Shown here: positions 22,201 to 30,700 of the stretch, piece after piece
How positions within the stretch are numbered: position 1 is the stretch's first letter
Layout of the letters: the number at the start of each line of letters is the position of its first letter
Origin: Acidimicrobiia bacterium
GTDB taxonomy: Bacteria > Actinomycetota > Acidimicrobiia > Spongiisociales > ZC4RG35
DNA: 64,000 bases
Direction of reading: 5' to 3'
Assembly: GCA_965203555.1 (NCBI GenBank)
Contig: CBDBCY010000004.1
Location: forward strand, 1,664,001 to 1,728,000
The notes under the pieces: model-generated
The model's database searches: none
What the model saw: only the letters and a program-made list of their open reading frames with translations
What the model was told of the DNA's origin: nothing
Translations under genes and position numbers: made by a program

Positions 22201-24516
22201 CTCCACGAGGATTCGCCGCCGCTCCGGCGACAGTGATCCGAGCAGGGCGTGTCCCCTTCGCCACTCCTCCTCGTCTTCACAGCAATCCCGAATGCCCCGG
22301 TAGTGAATCTGCAAGAGCTCCAACTGCTCCAGATTCGGATTGTTGATCCGCCAGCCTCGCTGCAGGTCGTAATAGAGTCGGTAGCCGAGGACCTCCCGGA
22401 GGGTCTTGACCGCGTTCTGGGCGGAAATGCCCTTGGCGCCGGGATTGGTGGCGTAGTCAGCGGGATCCAGGTGCAGATGGTCCAGCACCCTCTGTGCCAC
22501 GACATCATCGGCCAGGCGCCCATCGGGATCGCTCCGGATGGCGGCGAGCAGGGCGCCCCTCAGCAACAGAATCTGCACGAAGTCGTTGAAGTGCCCGGCC
22601 TGGAGGCTTGCGTCCTGGCGGTTGTCCGTGAAGGCCAGGAGCTTTTTGGTCTCATCGTCGAGATCGGTCCCGATGAGGTATTTGAGGGAGGAGAGCGCCA
22701 GCACGGTGGTGGCCGAACTGCGGCCTTCGCTGGACAGTCCCGAGAGTTTGCCGAAGTCACTGCGCTGGCTGCCGTCGTAGTAGGCGTCACAATCGGGATC
22801 GAGACAGAATCGAAACGGACCGGGAATGTACCAGGCGGCCAGACCTTCACCGGTGTTCTCACCGTCGGGGTCGACCTGCACTTCCAAGGGGTGGTAGCGT
22901 CGGTAATAGCGCTTGAGACGGGGTTCGCCGTCGAAGAATTCCAGCCAGTCCTCCGGGAATTGGCCTTCCAGATCTGTCGGATCGAACCTCCCCTCGGGGT
23001 CGGGCATCAAATAGCCGTACTGGAGATCGTCATCTTCGTGGGAACGTTCGGCGAGTTCCCGCGGCTCGAAGCGATGGGGCTGGTCGGCGACCAACGAGGC
23101 CCAGACAGGGAAGTACTCCTGGCCGCACGCTCTGCAGAAGCAGAGGTTGAACAGGCGACGGGTGCGGTCACCCGGTTTGAACTGCTGCCCCTGCGAGGTG
23201 ATGTACCGATCGCCGGGAGCTTCCAAAGTGGAATAGGCGTTCCACGCTCCGCCGATGAACTGGTGCAGGCGGAAAGCGAAGAAGCCCCGACCTTCGGTAT
23301 TTCGACTCCGGTGGGCCGCCAGCAGGAACCCCGAAAGGTACTCCCGGCAAACCTCCGTCCCCAGGCCACTGTCTTCGGAAAGCAGTCGGGAGGCTTCGTG
23401 AACAGTTCTGGGGCGTGATATTCGCCGGAGCCTCCCATCTTCTTCTTCCAGGCCGAGTTTCTGTTCCACCCAGGCGGCCACGGGATGCTTGGCGAGTTGA
23501 TTGTGCGTGGGCCTCTCCGGTACTCCTGCTTCGATAGCCCTCTGCAAGCTGGGTCCGTCGACGGCAGTTTCTTTGTCGGTGACAGGCTTCAGGGTCTCGG
23601 TGATGATGTTGTCGGGGCTGACAGCGACTCCGAACAACTGGCTGGCGACGTGCGCCACCGCCACGTTCCGGTGCCCGGCCGATCCCTCCGAGGCCATGGT
23701 GGCGGAGGTGCCGATGCACAGAAGATCGTCGTTGAACCGCTCCCGGACACGTCGAACCAGCATGGCCACGTCGGCGCCCTGCCGTCCCCGGTAGGTGTGA
23801 AGTTCGTCCAGAACCAGGAACCGAAGACCGGCGGCGTGTTGACGCACCGCCTTGTCGGTTTCGAGAAACCTGGTCATTATCAGTTCGAGCATGACGTAGT
23901 TGGTCAGCAGAATGTCAGGCGGGCTCTGAGCGATCCGTTCGCGGTCCTTCTTGGAGTCCTGGCCGGTGTATCGAGCGAAGGTCACCGGCGCCTGCCCGGC
24001 CCCGTAGCCATGCCCCAGGAACTTCTCCAGCTCCTCGTACTGGCTGTTGCAGAGAGCGTTCATGGGGTAGACGACCACGGCTGTTATTCCTCGACACGGA
24101 TCGCCGGCCCTCTTGCGACGCAGAACGTCGTCGATAATCGGAATGAAGTAGCCGAGTGACTTGCCGGACCCGGTACCGGTGGTCAGGACATAGCTTTCGC
24201 CTCGTCGGGCGACCTCGATGGCATCCGCCTGATGCCGGTGCAACACGAGATCCTGGCCCGACCCGCCGGCGGTTTTGCCGATCCGGAAGATCGTCGCACA
24301 TTCTGCATCGAGGACGCCCCGCAATACGAACTCGTCGATGGAGCCGCCCGGCTCGAAGTTCGGGTTCAACTGGATCAGCGGAGACGGCCAGAAACGCCCG
24401 CCCGCATAAGCCCGGTCGACAGCGTGCCGGATATCCGCCGACCGGATCCGGGTAAAGCTCCTGGAGAACCGCTCATACTCGGCAACCAGTTCCTCGCGGA
24501 AAGCGAAAACATCCAC
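19273..24516 (-). CDS. DEAD/DEAH-box helicase with DUF1998 (MrfA-like Zn domain) and C-terminal DUF559/Vsr-like nuclease domain
   Basis: 'TGTGSGKS', 'DELHTYRG', 'TMELGVD', 'QRSGRAGR', 'EGGAGVL', 'CEAGCYRCLLSYYNQ', 'RPDFAY...YVDGPHH'. Confidence 0.92.
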   Translation of the reverse strand: MDVFAFREELVAEYERFSRSFTRIRSADIRHAVDRAYAGGRFWPSPLIQLNPNFEPGGSIDEFVLRGVLDAECATIFRIGKTAGGSGQDLVLHRHQADAIEVARRGESYVLTTGTGSGKSLGYFIPIIDDVLRRKRAGDPCRGITAVVVYPMNALCNSQYEELEKFLGHGYGAGQAPVTFARYTGQDSKKDRERIAQSPPDILLTNYVMLELIMTRFLETDKAVRQHAAGLRFLVLDELHTYRGRQGADVAMLVRRVRERFNDDLLCIGTSATMASEGSAGHRNVAVAHVASQLFGVAVSPDNIITETLKPVTDKETAVDGPSLQRAIEAGVPERPTHNQLAKHPVAAWVEQKLGLEEEDGRLRRISRPRTVHEASRLLSEDSGLGTEVCREYLSGFLLAAHRSRNTEGRGFFAFRLHQFIGGAWNAYSTLEAPGDRYITSQGQQFKPGDRTRRLFNLCFCRACGQEYFPVWASLVADQPHRFEPRELAERSHEDDDLQYGYLMPDPEGRFDPTDLEGQFPEDWLEFFDGEPRLKRYYRRYHPLEVQVDPDGENTGEGLAAWYIPGPFRFCLDPDCDAYYDGSQRSDFGKLSGLSSEGRSSATTVLALSSLKYLIGTDLDDETKKLLAFTDNRQDASLQAGHFNDFVQILLLRGALLAAIRSDPDGRLADDVVAQRVLDHLHLDPADYATNPGAKGISAQNAVKTLREVLGYRLYYDLQRGWRINNPNLEQLELLQIHYRGIRDCCEDEEEWRRGHALLGSLSPERRRILVEALLDRMRSALCIKTVYLDPNFQEQVRNRSFNQLKEPWGLSEEERLFSHAYMVPRPGTKGRRKDYRTLHVSYRSAFARRFKSQAFWGRDNRHYPAKFDEGVYNAVIDDVLRVLITYGYVESSDLGGGRTGYRIDSSALQWRLAKRSDSPDTSATNAFFRTLYRNVAKLLGVDDRFLHQLEAREHTAQVESDVREEREKRFRKGLEGERVVNGEIEEAGLPVLFCSPTMELGVDISTLNTVYLRNVPPTPANYAQRSGRAGRSGQPALVVTYCAARSPHDQYFFSDPARMVAGAVNPPTIDLANEDLVRSHLQAVWLAETGVSLGTSVPEVLDLESTEVMPLRPDIAAQVGRSLVLEETTRRSRRILATLGRDLSEQFAPWYTDTWLDSAINSASRRFDEAFDRWRSLYRATTSQMKRANRVVNSAAATERERKEAKARYDEAYIQQSLLLDSRRTMNSDFYTYRYLASEGFLPGYNFPRLPLMAFIPGRRGKVARDSFLSRPRFLGLTEFGPQSIIYHEGSTYRVRRIILTVRGEVTTSAALPVQAARICPSCGYGHFGDQKEFERCASCDIRLGEGRRIWNLYRIAQVSTRRATRITSDEEERQRQGYEMVTTLRFSEENGRPRVERAVVEHRGEELLELKYGPAATLWRINLGWRRRKEKSVYGFSVDPNTGEWTKDSQAPTDAEDDRVKEGKTVQRITPFVRDTKNVLVLRPVTDLSTEAMVSLQYALKRGIEQEFQLEESELAAEPLPDRDHRSTILFYEAAEGGAGVLTRLAGDPGAIPRIARRALEVCHYASKSGDWTDADDLEDQQPECEAGCYRCLLSYYNQPDHSSIDRKDEAMVELLCRLTHAERKSLGAFDELTNASTSSLERAWIDFLRENEYRLPDRVQPYLEEYGTRPDFAYANHQTLIYVDGPHHRGNTQKILDARITRRLEDAGFTVVRFPADQASWVGMVGDYAWVFGAGHRMATAQGV

Positions 24517-24720
24517 TTTTCAGGGGCTCCCCGTGCCGCGGCTCGGCATAAGGCATCGGAGTCCGTCATACGAGTCGGGCTCTCTCAGGAACATGGACAC
24601 CTCATACAAACACATCTGTCGATCTTTCCACATCCGAACACTGTCTACAAGAGCATATGAAACCGAGACCCGGGACTCAAACGGCGCCAGCATCCAAAAG
24701 ACACCAGTTCCTCGACCACC
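24481..24720 (-). repeat. Conserved leader element, copy 1 (upstream of and including the start of the DEAD helicase)
   Basis: Aligns by eye with 29707-29940, e.g. ccgtcatacgagtcgggctc, acacatctgtcgatctt, acactgtctaca, gagcatatgaa. Confidence 0.85.
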
Positions 24721-24923
24721 CTTCCGCGGCCTCGGAGTGGTCATGAAAAGAAGCCGCCCCCGCTATCCAAACCCACCAACAACCCGGACATCAGCCCAGG
24801 GATCACAAACCACAGGGGTCCTCCCCTAGCCTCTCGCAAAGTGTTTGCAACACCCGACTTGTGGAGGAACCCCACCCACAATCGGAGGATTGCCCCGCGC
24901 CCGGGGACGCCCGGGCACTCCCT

Positions 24924-27900
24924 TCACTCTTCAATGAAGAGGTGCCCTCCCGTCTCCCTGAGAACTCTCTGTGCCAAAAGAGAGTCCAGCGTCGATCGGA
25001 AATGCGCCCGAATGGCCGACCCGGCTCGCTTGTATCCAAACAGCCTGCTGGCCTCGACCAACGCCTCTTCTGCTTCAATGCCGAAGCTGATCCTGACGAC
25101 GTGCAGCAGGGCGGTGCCGATTTCCTCCGGAGCGATGGCGTCGACCTTTCGCAACTGCACCGGGGCCTCGTCACGTCGACGAACGGGCACTTCCCGTCGG
25201 CCCGGCAGCCACAGGAAAGAGCCCCTGCGTACCAATCGCTCCTCGGTGACACCCAGGGCGACAGCATCATCCACCTTGGTCTTGATCCTCTTGCTGAAAC
25301 GACTGTTCCCCGACTGCGCGATCCGACGCCCCACTTCGGGTATGTGGACCGGACTCTCCACCTTTACCACCTGCATAATCCATTCCAGCATTTGGCGATC
25401 CGACGCCAGGTGGAGCGGCAGGCCCCGGAGGGTCAGCGTCAGGCTGGCCGTACGGTAGGGAACGGCTTCCATCGAGACCTGCTCCTCTTCCAGGGCAGCG
25501 GCTCGGGTCAGAGGAGCGGGGCCAGGTGAAGCCTCGGGGGTCTGCCCGGAAGTGCGCTCCGCCGCTCCCCTTATGGCCTCCTCCGCCTTGGCCAGCTCGC
25601 GCCGGGGATCCAGGTACCAGTCGGTGCTCCAGATCCGGTGGATGGTCCAATCGAGTCCCTCCAGCACCTGCTGGCGGAGCCGGTCTCGATCCCTGGCCGA
25701 CCGGGAACTGTGATAGCTGGCGCCGTCGCATTCTATGCCCAACAGATACCTGCCGGGTCGTTTGGGGTCCACCACCGCCAGGTCGATGTAGAACCCCGCC
25801 GACCCCACTTGGTGTACGATGTCGTGACCGCGGTTCCGGAGGGCTGCGGCCACCGCCGATTCGAAGGGAGAATCGGCCTCCCTCCCGCTGGGCGCCGACA
25901 CGCCCAACACTCCGGTCTCCGCGTAATGCAGGAACACCTTCAAGGCCTCCACCCCGCGGGCCTTGCTCCTTCTCATATCGAGGTCGGATGCATTGAAGTT
26001 GGCATACACGATGCAGCGCCGGCGTGCCCGTGTTATCAACACATTCAAGCGTCGCTCTCCGCCGTCCTTGTTGAGAGGCCCGAAGTTCATCGACATGTAC
26101 CCTCCCTCCACCTTTCCATAGCCGACACTGATCAGAATCACGTCCCGCTCATCACCCTGAACTGTCTCAAGATTCTTCACGAAGAAGGGTTCGTGGGGGT
26201 GGGCCTGAAAGAAGTCCTCACACGAGCCGTCCTTTCGACGAAGCAACTCCACTTCATCCTCGATCCTCCGGGCCTGGGAAATGCTGAACGCCGCCACCCC
26301 CAATGTGAACTCGGGACTGGAACGAGCGTGGGCCATCACAGCCTGCGCCACCACCCGCGCCTCCCGGACATTGACGCGCCCTCCTCTTCCCCTTCGATAT
26401 AGCCACTCCGGTCCGTGTTGCAGACTCAACCCGGTCTCTTCCTGCCCTTTGTCCGGGCTGGGAAAGACAACCAGCCTGCTGTCGTAGAATTCGTGATTCG
26501 AGACGGCGATCAGAGACTCATGCCGGCTCCGGTAGTGCCAACGAAGCATTCGCTCGGGAGCACCCTGGGCGCAGAACATCCCCAGGATGCTCTCCAAGTC
26601 GGCGGTCTCCGATCTTTCCTCGTCATCCTCGTCACCGGTGTCCAACCGGTCGAAAAAACTCGTCGGGGGAAGCTGTTTCGTATCGCCCACCACCACAGCC
26701 TGCCGGCTACGCAGAATGGCCCCGATCGCTTCGACCGGCCTCACCTGGCTGGCTTCATCGAAGATCACCAGATCGAACGTAACGGAGCCCGGGGGTATGA
26801 ACTTGGCGATCGAAAGAGGGCTCATCATAAACACCGGCTTGATCTGTTGGATGGCATTCCCCGCCTTTGACATCAGCCTCCTCAGGGGAAGGTGACGCCT
26901 CTTCTTCTGAAATTCCCGCTGAAGGACGCCCCTTTGTCCACCACCGTATTGGTGAGGAACCCTGGTCCAGTGTTGCTGCGCGACTATGGCCTGGTTCTCC
27001 TCGAAGACCGACCGATCGAGTTTGCGGAACTGGTTGACCGTCTCCTCATGGGTAACCGCATCCAACTCGAAGAGAATGGGATGCGCCCGCATGGCATCGG
27101 CTATCCAATGCTCGTAACAGACCAGGTCGAAGAGATCGAGAAGACGCCAACCGGCATCCTTCCAGCCGGTGGACAGGTTCACGGCATCCGCGAGACCCTG
27201 GTCACCGGCTTGTTTCTCCATCTGGTTGAACCGTATGATCCCCCGGAGCGCATCCACGTCCGCATGGGCCGCCGTGATCCAGTTCTCCATGGCGGAGAAG
27301 GGGCGGTCGACAAGAGGAACACCATCCGGAGAACGGTCCGTCCTCCACTCCAACAACGACTCGATGGCGCCGAGGGCCTCCACGAGACCATGGTCGGCAC
27401 CACATACGGACTGGATGTTTCCCTCCAGCGCCTCAACATCGATGTCACGATCGAGCATGGCGTGAATGTTGGCGTCCACCTCTCCGTCCGCGGTGTCGGC
27501 GTGGAGTCGAAGAAGCCAGGTCGCGGTCTCCCCGGGTCGCCGGTACCCGCCGAGCGAGGAGCCGAGGTCGAATCCCGGGAAGAGCCTCGCCAGCAGTTCC
27601 TCGTTGTCGGCGATATTCCCACGAAGACGCTGAACCCTCGATATTCCATCGACAACAGCCACTTGGCGGTCCCATTGCTCGGGAACATCGCCTCGGCACA
27701 TCCCTCGCAACAGGTCCCGGGCGCTTCGGTATCTCCCGGACAGACCCCTCCACCACTTGGCGCCGAGTTGGGACAATGTCTGCCGGCATTCGGAGACATC
27801 GCTTTCCCAGGCCTCGGGGACCAAGACCGAACCGTAGGTGTCGTGTATTTCCGCGATTTCCAGGAACTGGAGGCTCATCTTCTCGATCTCCCCGGCCCGA

Positions 27901-29657
27901 CCCGACCACTCCTCGCTCCGATGACGGACATCCTTCAGCCTCGGCGCTTCCATGACGCGCCGCGCCGTGTCGACCAGCATCGCCACCTCTGCCCGGGCCG
28001 GATCCCGAAGCATGGAGGCCGGTTGCAGGAGTTTGCAGAGGGAGGAGACATGCTTCCTCCAAAGCCGCAGCGCCCCCAGAGCAGCCTCCAACTTCCTTCT
28101 GACCTGGCCGGTGTCCATGTACTGAGAGCATCCACTGCGCCAGTAGATGTGTTGGGAGGGCACTCCGATGGACTTGACCAGCGCCTGGAGGTTACCGATC
28201 AGTTGGCGACGCTCGTCAAAGTCCTGACGAGTCCACCGCGCGCAGTCCTTCATCTCCAGAACAGGCCACTCGACCCGCGGGTGGGAGATCCGTATCTGGT
28301 GGGCTCGTCCGATCACCTGGTTGGGTGTGAATCCGACTGCTCCAATGGGAGCATTCACGGCACGGGCGTACTCATTCAAGCGTTCGCGATTGGACTGCAG
28401 CAGGTTCCGATCCTGCTGCACATCCCGGAACTGAGGCTCCCCCAGTTCAAGGGTCCGCTTCAATTCGTGAAGAACAGAGCGCTTATTGGCGGTGTGGCTG
28501 TGCAATTCCAAACAGGCGTCCCCGATGTGAACCTTGTCCAACCGCCTTTTCACAACTTCCAGGGCGGCCATCTTCTCGGCTACGAACAGGACCGTCTTCC
28601 CATCGGCGATTGCCTCGGCGATCAGATTCGTTATGGTCTGGGACTTACCCGTTCCCGGAGGACCCTGAATGACCAGGTTCCTTCCCTGCTTGGCATCCAC
28701 AACGGCCAGCGTCTGGGAACTGTCGCTGTCGACGACCGGGTGCATATCGGACACATCGAGCAACTCGTCCAGGTGGTCTTTGTCGGTAATCGTGGGAGGG
28801 TCTTCACGAAAGCCGTCCTCGCCATACAGGGCTCCAACAAGAGGATGATCTCCCGGTGGGCTGTCGGCGGGCCACGCCTTCGAGTCGAGATCCTTGTAGA
28901 TCAGGAGTTTGCTGAACGAGAAGAACCCGAGATTGATGGCGGTGCTGTCCACTGACCATCTGGCCTGTGGCGCCACGGCCTCGGTTACACCCGCCAAGTA
29001 AGCGTCCACATCCAGATCTTCAGCATCCGGGAGCGGCGGCAGTTCGATCGAAAAGTCCGCCTGGAGCTTGGTCTCCAACGACAGGTTGCCGTTTATCTCC
29101 TCCTCGGTCCATCGCACATTGAAGCGCGTGCCGCCGCTGGATTTCCTCAACTCCACCGGCACCAGCACCAGGGGCGCCGCTCTCCGAAGGTCGCTGGAGT
29201 CGGACTCATACCAGAGCAGTTGACCCAAGGCCAGGTAAAGGATGTTGACGCCCTGTTCCTCTATGGAGAGGTGGGCTCGGCGAAAAGTGTTCCTGAGACG
29301 CAGGGCGATGCGATCCGGCGGGTAGGGGGTTTGGAGCTTGTTGTCGACATGCCGGTCCGCGGGCTGATCGAAGTTGCTCTCGGCCTCCGCCATCAGCGAA
29401 AGCAATTCCTCCGGGATGTCATACCGGTCGTCGTCGGGACCGCCCTCGCCATGCGCGCCGGCCGCCTGGAAGTACATGACTTTGCCCTGCCTGACCATGA
29501 TCCTGAAGACTTCCCGGGGTATTTCATCTGTGACCTTCACTCCGCTCGCCTTGAGTTCGCGGAAGTTGAGCAATGGATTCCTCAGGCTCAGGTCCAGAAC
29601 ATCACTGCGCGATTTGTCGAGCTTGTCTGCAATAGACAACGGGCGTCGATCAGCCAT
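24924..29657 (-). CDS. DUF4011-SF1 helicase-Vsr-like-DUF3320 protein (Hhe-like defence protein)
   Basis: 'LDLSLRNPLLNF', 'QGPPGTGKSQTI', 'DEASQ', 'WHYRSRHE', 'VQGDERD', 'GIECDGASYHSSRSARDRD'. Confidence 0.9.
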   Translation of the reverse strand: MADRRPLSIADKLDKSRSDVLDLSLRNPLLNFRELKASGVKVTDEIPREVFRIMVRQGKVMYFQAAGAHGEGGPDDDRYDIPEELLSLMAEAESNFDQPADRHVDNKLQTPYPPDRIALRLRNTFRRAHLSIEEQGVNILYLALGQLLWYESDSSDLRRAAPLVLVPVELRKSSGGTRFNVRWTEEEINGNLSLETKLQADFSIELPPLPDAEDLDVDAYLAGVTEAVAPQARWSVDSTAINLGFFSFSKLLIYKDLDSKAWPADSPPGDHPLVGALYGEDGFREDPPTITDKDHLDELLDVSDMHPVVDSDSSQTLAVVDAKQGRNLVIQGPPGTGKSQTITNLIAEAIADGKTVLFVAEKMAALEVVKRRLDKVHIGDACLELHSHTANKRSVLHELKRTLELGEPQFRDVQQDRNLLQSNRERLNEYARAVNAPIGAVGFTPNQVIGRAHQIRISHPRVEWPVLEMKDCARWTRQDFDERRQLIGNLQALVKSIGVPSQHIYWRSGCSQYMDTGQVRRKLEAALGALRLWRKHVSSLCKLLQPASMLRDPARAEVAMLVDTARRVMEAPRLKDVRHRSEEWSGRAGEIEKMSLQFLEIAEIHDTYGSVLVPEAWESDVSECRQTLSQLGAKWWRGLSGRYRSARDLLRGMCRGDVPEQWDRQVAVVDGISRVQRLRGNIADNEELLARLFPGFDLGSSLGGYRRPGETATWLLRLHADTADGEVDANIHAMLDRDIDVEALEGNIQSVCGADHGLVEALGAIESLLEWRTDRSPDGVPLVDRPFSAMENWITAAHADVDALRGIIRFNQMEKQAGDQGLADAVNLSTGWKDAGWRLLDLFDLVCYEHWIADAMRAHPILFELDAVTHEETVNQFRKLDRSVFEENQAIVAQQHWTRVPHQYGGGQRGVLQREFQKKRRHLPLRRLMSKAGNAIQQIKPVFMMSPLSIAKFIPPGSVTFDLVIFDEASQVRPVEAIGAILRSRQAVVVGDTKQLPPTSFFDRLDTGDEDDEERSETADLESILGMFCAQGAPERMLRWHYRSRHESLIAVSNHEFYDSRLVVFPSPDKGQEETGLSLQHGPEWLYRRGRGGRVNVREARVVAQAVMAHARSSPEFTLGVAAFSISQARRIEDEVELLRRKDGSCEDFFQAHPHEPFFVKNLETVQGDERDVILISVGYGKVEGGYMSMNFGPLNKDGGERRLNVLITRARRRCIVYANFNASDLDMRRSKARGVEALKVFLHYAETGVLGVSAPSGREADSPFESAVAAALRNRGHDIVHQVGSAGFYIDLAVVDPKRPGRYLLGIECDGASYHSSRSARDRDRLRQQVLEGLDWTIHRIWSTDWYLDPRRELAKAEEAIRGAAERTSGQTPEASPGPAPLTRAAALEEEQVSMEAVPYRTASLTLTLRGLPLHLASDRQMLEWIMQVVKVESPVHIPEVGRRIAQSGNSRFSKRIKTKVDDAVALGVTEERLVRRGSFLWLPGRREVPVRRRDEAPVQLRKVDAIAPEEIGTALLHVVRISFGIEAEEALVEASRLFGYKRAGSAIRAHFRSTLDSLLAQRVLRETGGHLFIEE

Positions 29658-29706
29658 GCAGCTCGGCCTCTTTCATAGGGCGGGCCGGGGTGAACAAGTG
29701 CCACCA

Positions 29707-29940
29707 GGCAACCAGTTCCCAGCGGAGAGCCGAAGCGCCCATCGTTCAGGAGCTGTGCATGGTACAGATCGTCTTGAGCCATCGGCGCCCGTCATACGAG
29801 TCGGGCTCCCTCGGGAGCACGGACACCTCCACACAACACATCTGTCGATCTTCCACCTTGGCACACTGTCTACAGGAGCATATGAACCCGAGGCCTGGGA
29901 TTCAAACGGCCCGGCATCAAGACACCGGCATCCTCGCACC
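29707..29940 (-). repeat. Conserved leader element, copy 2 (upstream of the Hhe-like gene)
   Basis: Paralogous to 24481-24720, including a decayed copy of the first helicase codons (ggcaaccagttcc..gcgga.agc). Confidence 0.85.
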
Positions 29941-30096
29941 TGGTTCTGGGCGTAAGGTTGGTTGAGGAAGGCAAATCAGGTCTGGAGGCGCTCATGACCG
30001 GAAGCCGCTAAAATTCCGCCCGTGGCAGACACTGAACAACACGCCGGTGGTCATCGTTGTCCTTCTTTCGCCCCTGACGAGGAGGAGTACGAACTG

Positions 30097-30384
30097 ATGA
30101 GCCGGTCAGACGAATACGACTACGAGAATTACGATGACTACCAAGACCCCGATGACGCCATCTTCTGGGTCCCTCATCAGCAAGAAGCAAGGATGGTGCG
30201 GTTCAACAGATTGACGGTCACCATTGGCGATATCATCACCAAGTGCGGTTACCCGGAAAACGAACGGGAGCGTCTCACCGCCTTGCACCGTCGATTGGCG
30301 GAAGAATTCCTGGATGACTATCGGGGCCCTCGAACCGGACCCGTTCCGCTCCTGGAGGAAACCCGGCCCTCCCCGGTGGTTTGA
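30097..30384 (+). CDS. Small acidic hypothetical protein (possible antitoxin)
   Basis: GAGGAG SD upstream of ATG; acidic N-terminus; precedes toxin-like ORF; start uncertain (30022 possible). Confidence 0.5.
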   Translation: MSRSDEYDYENYDDYQDPDDAIFWVPHQQEARMVRFNRLTVTIGDIITKCGYPENERERLTALHRRLAEEFLDDYRGPRTGPVPLLEETRPSPVV

Positions 30385-30393
30385 TCGCCGCCA

Positions 30394-30675
30394 GTGCCTT
30401 ACTGGCCACCGAGTCATACCCTAATCTCCATCTATGACTCAGCGTTGAAACGAGTCCTCCACGAAGACATCCGGCATGTGCTGTCCCTCCACCCTCTGCA
30501 ACTCTTCGTCTTCGAATTCGCCAAGACTCATCCCGAATGGGACCGTTTCTACAAGAGCAGAAGCACCAGAGTTGTAGGTCTTACCTCCGATAATCACATG
30601 CTAGAAGTCGTACTGCGTCGGGACGGACGGGCCGAGAACGAGCGGTGCATAGTGTTCCATGCCCGCTATCTGTAA
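30394..30675 (+). CDS. Small BrnT/RelE-like toxin candidate
   Basis: 'SALKR...EDIRHVL...VVGLTSDNHMLEVV...IVFHAR' resembles actinobacterial BrnT-like toxins. Confidence 0.5.
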   Translation: MPYWPPSHTLISIYDSALKRVLHEDIRHVLSLHPLQLFVFEFAKTHPEWDRFYKSRSTRVVGLTSDNHMLEVVLRRDGRAENERCIVFHARYL

Positions 30676-30700
30676 TGTTGTTCCCCTCCTGCCTCCGGCC

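Noticed and set aside
26892-28955. 687-aa plus-strand ORF and other long antisense or alternative-frame ORFs (e.g. 730-1896, 5334-6500, 6680-7906, 16778-18112, 40394-41755)
   Set aside because: Shadow ORFs opposite well-supported genes, expected in high-GC DNA; no recognisable motifs
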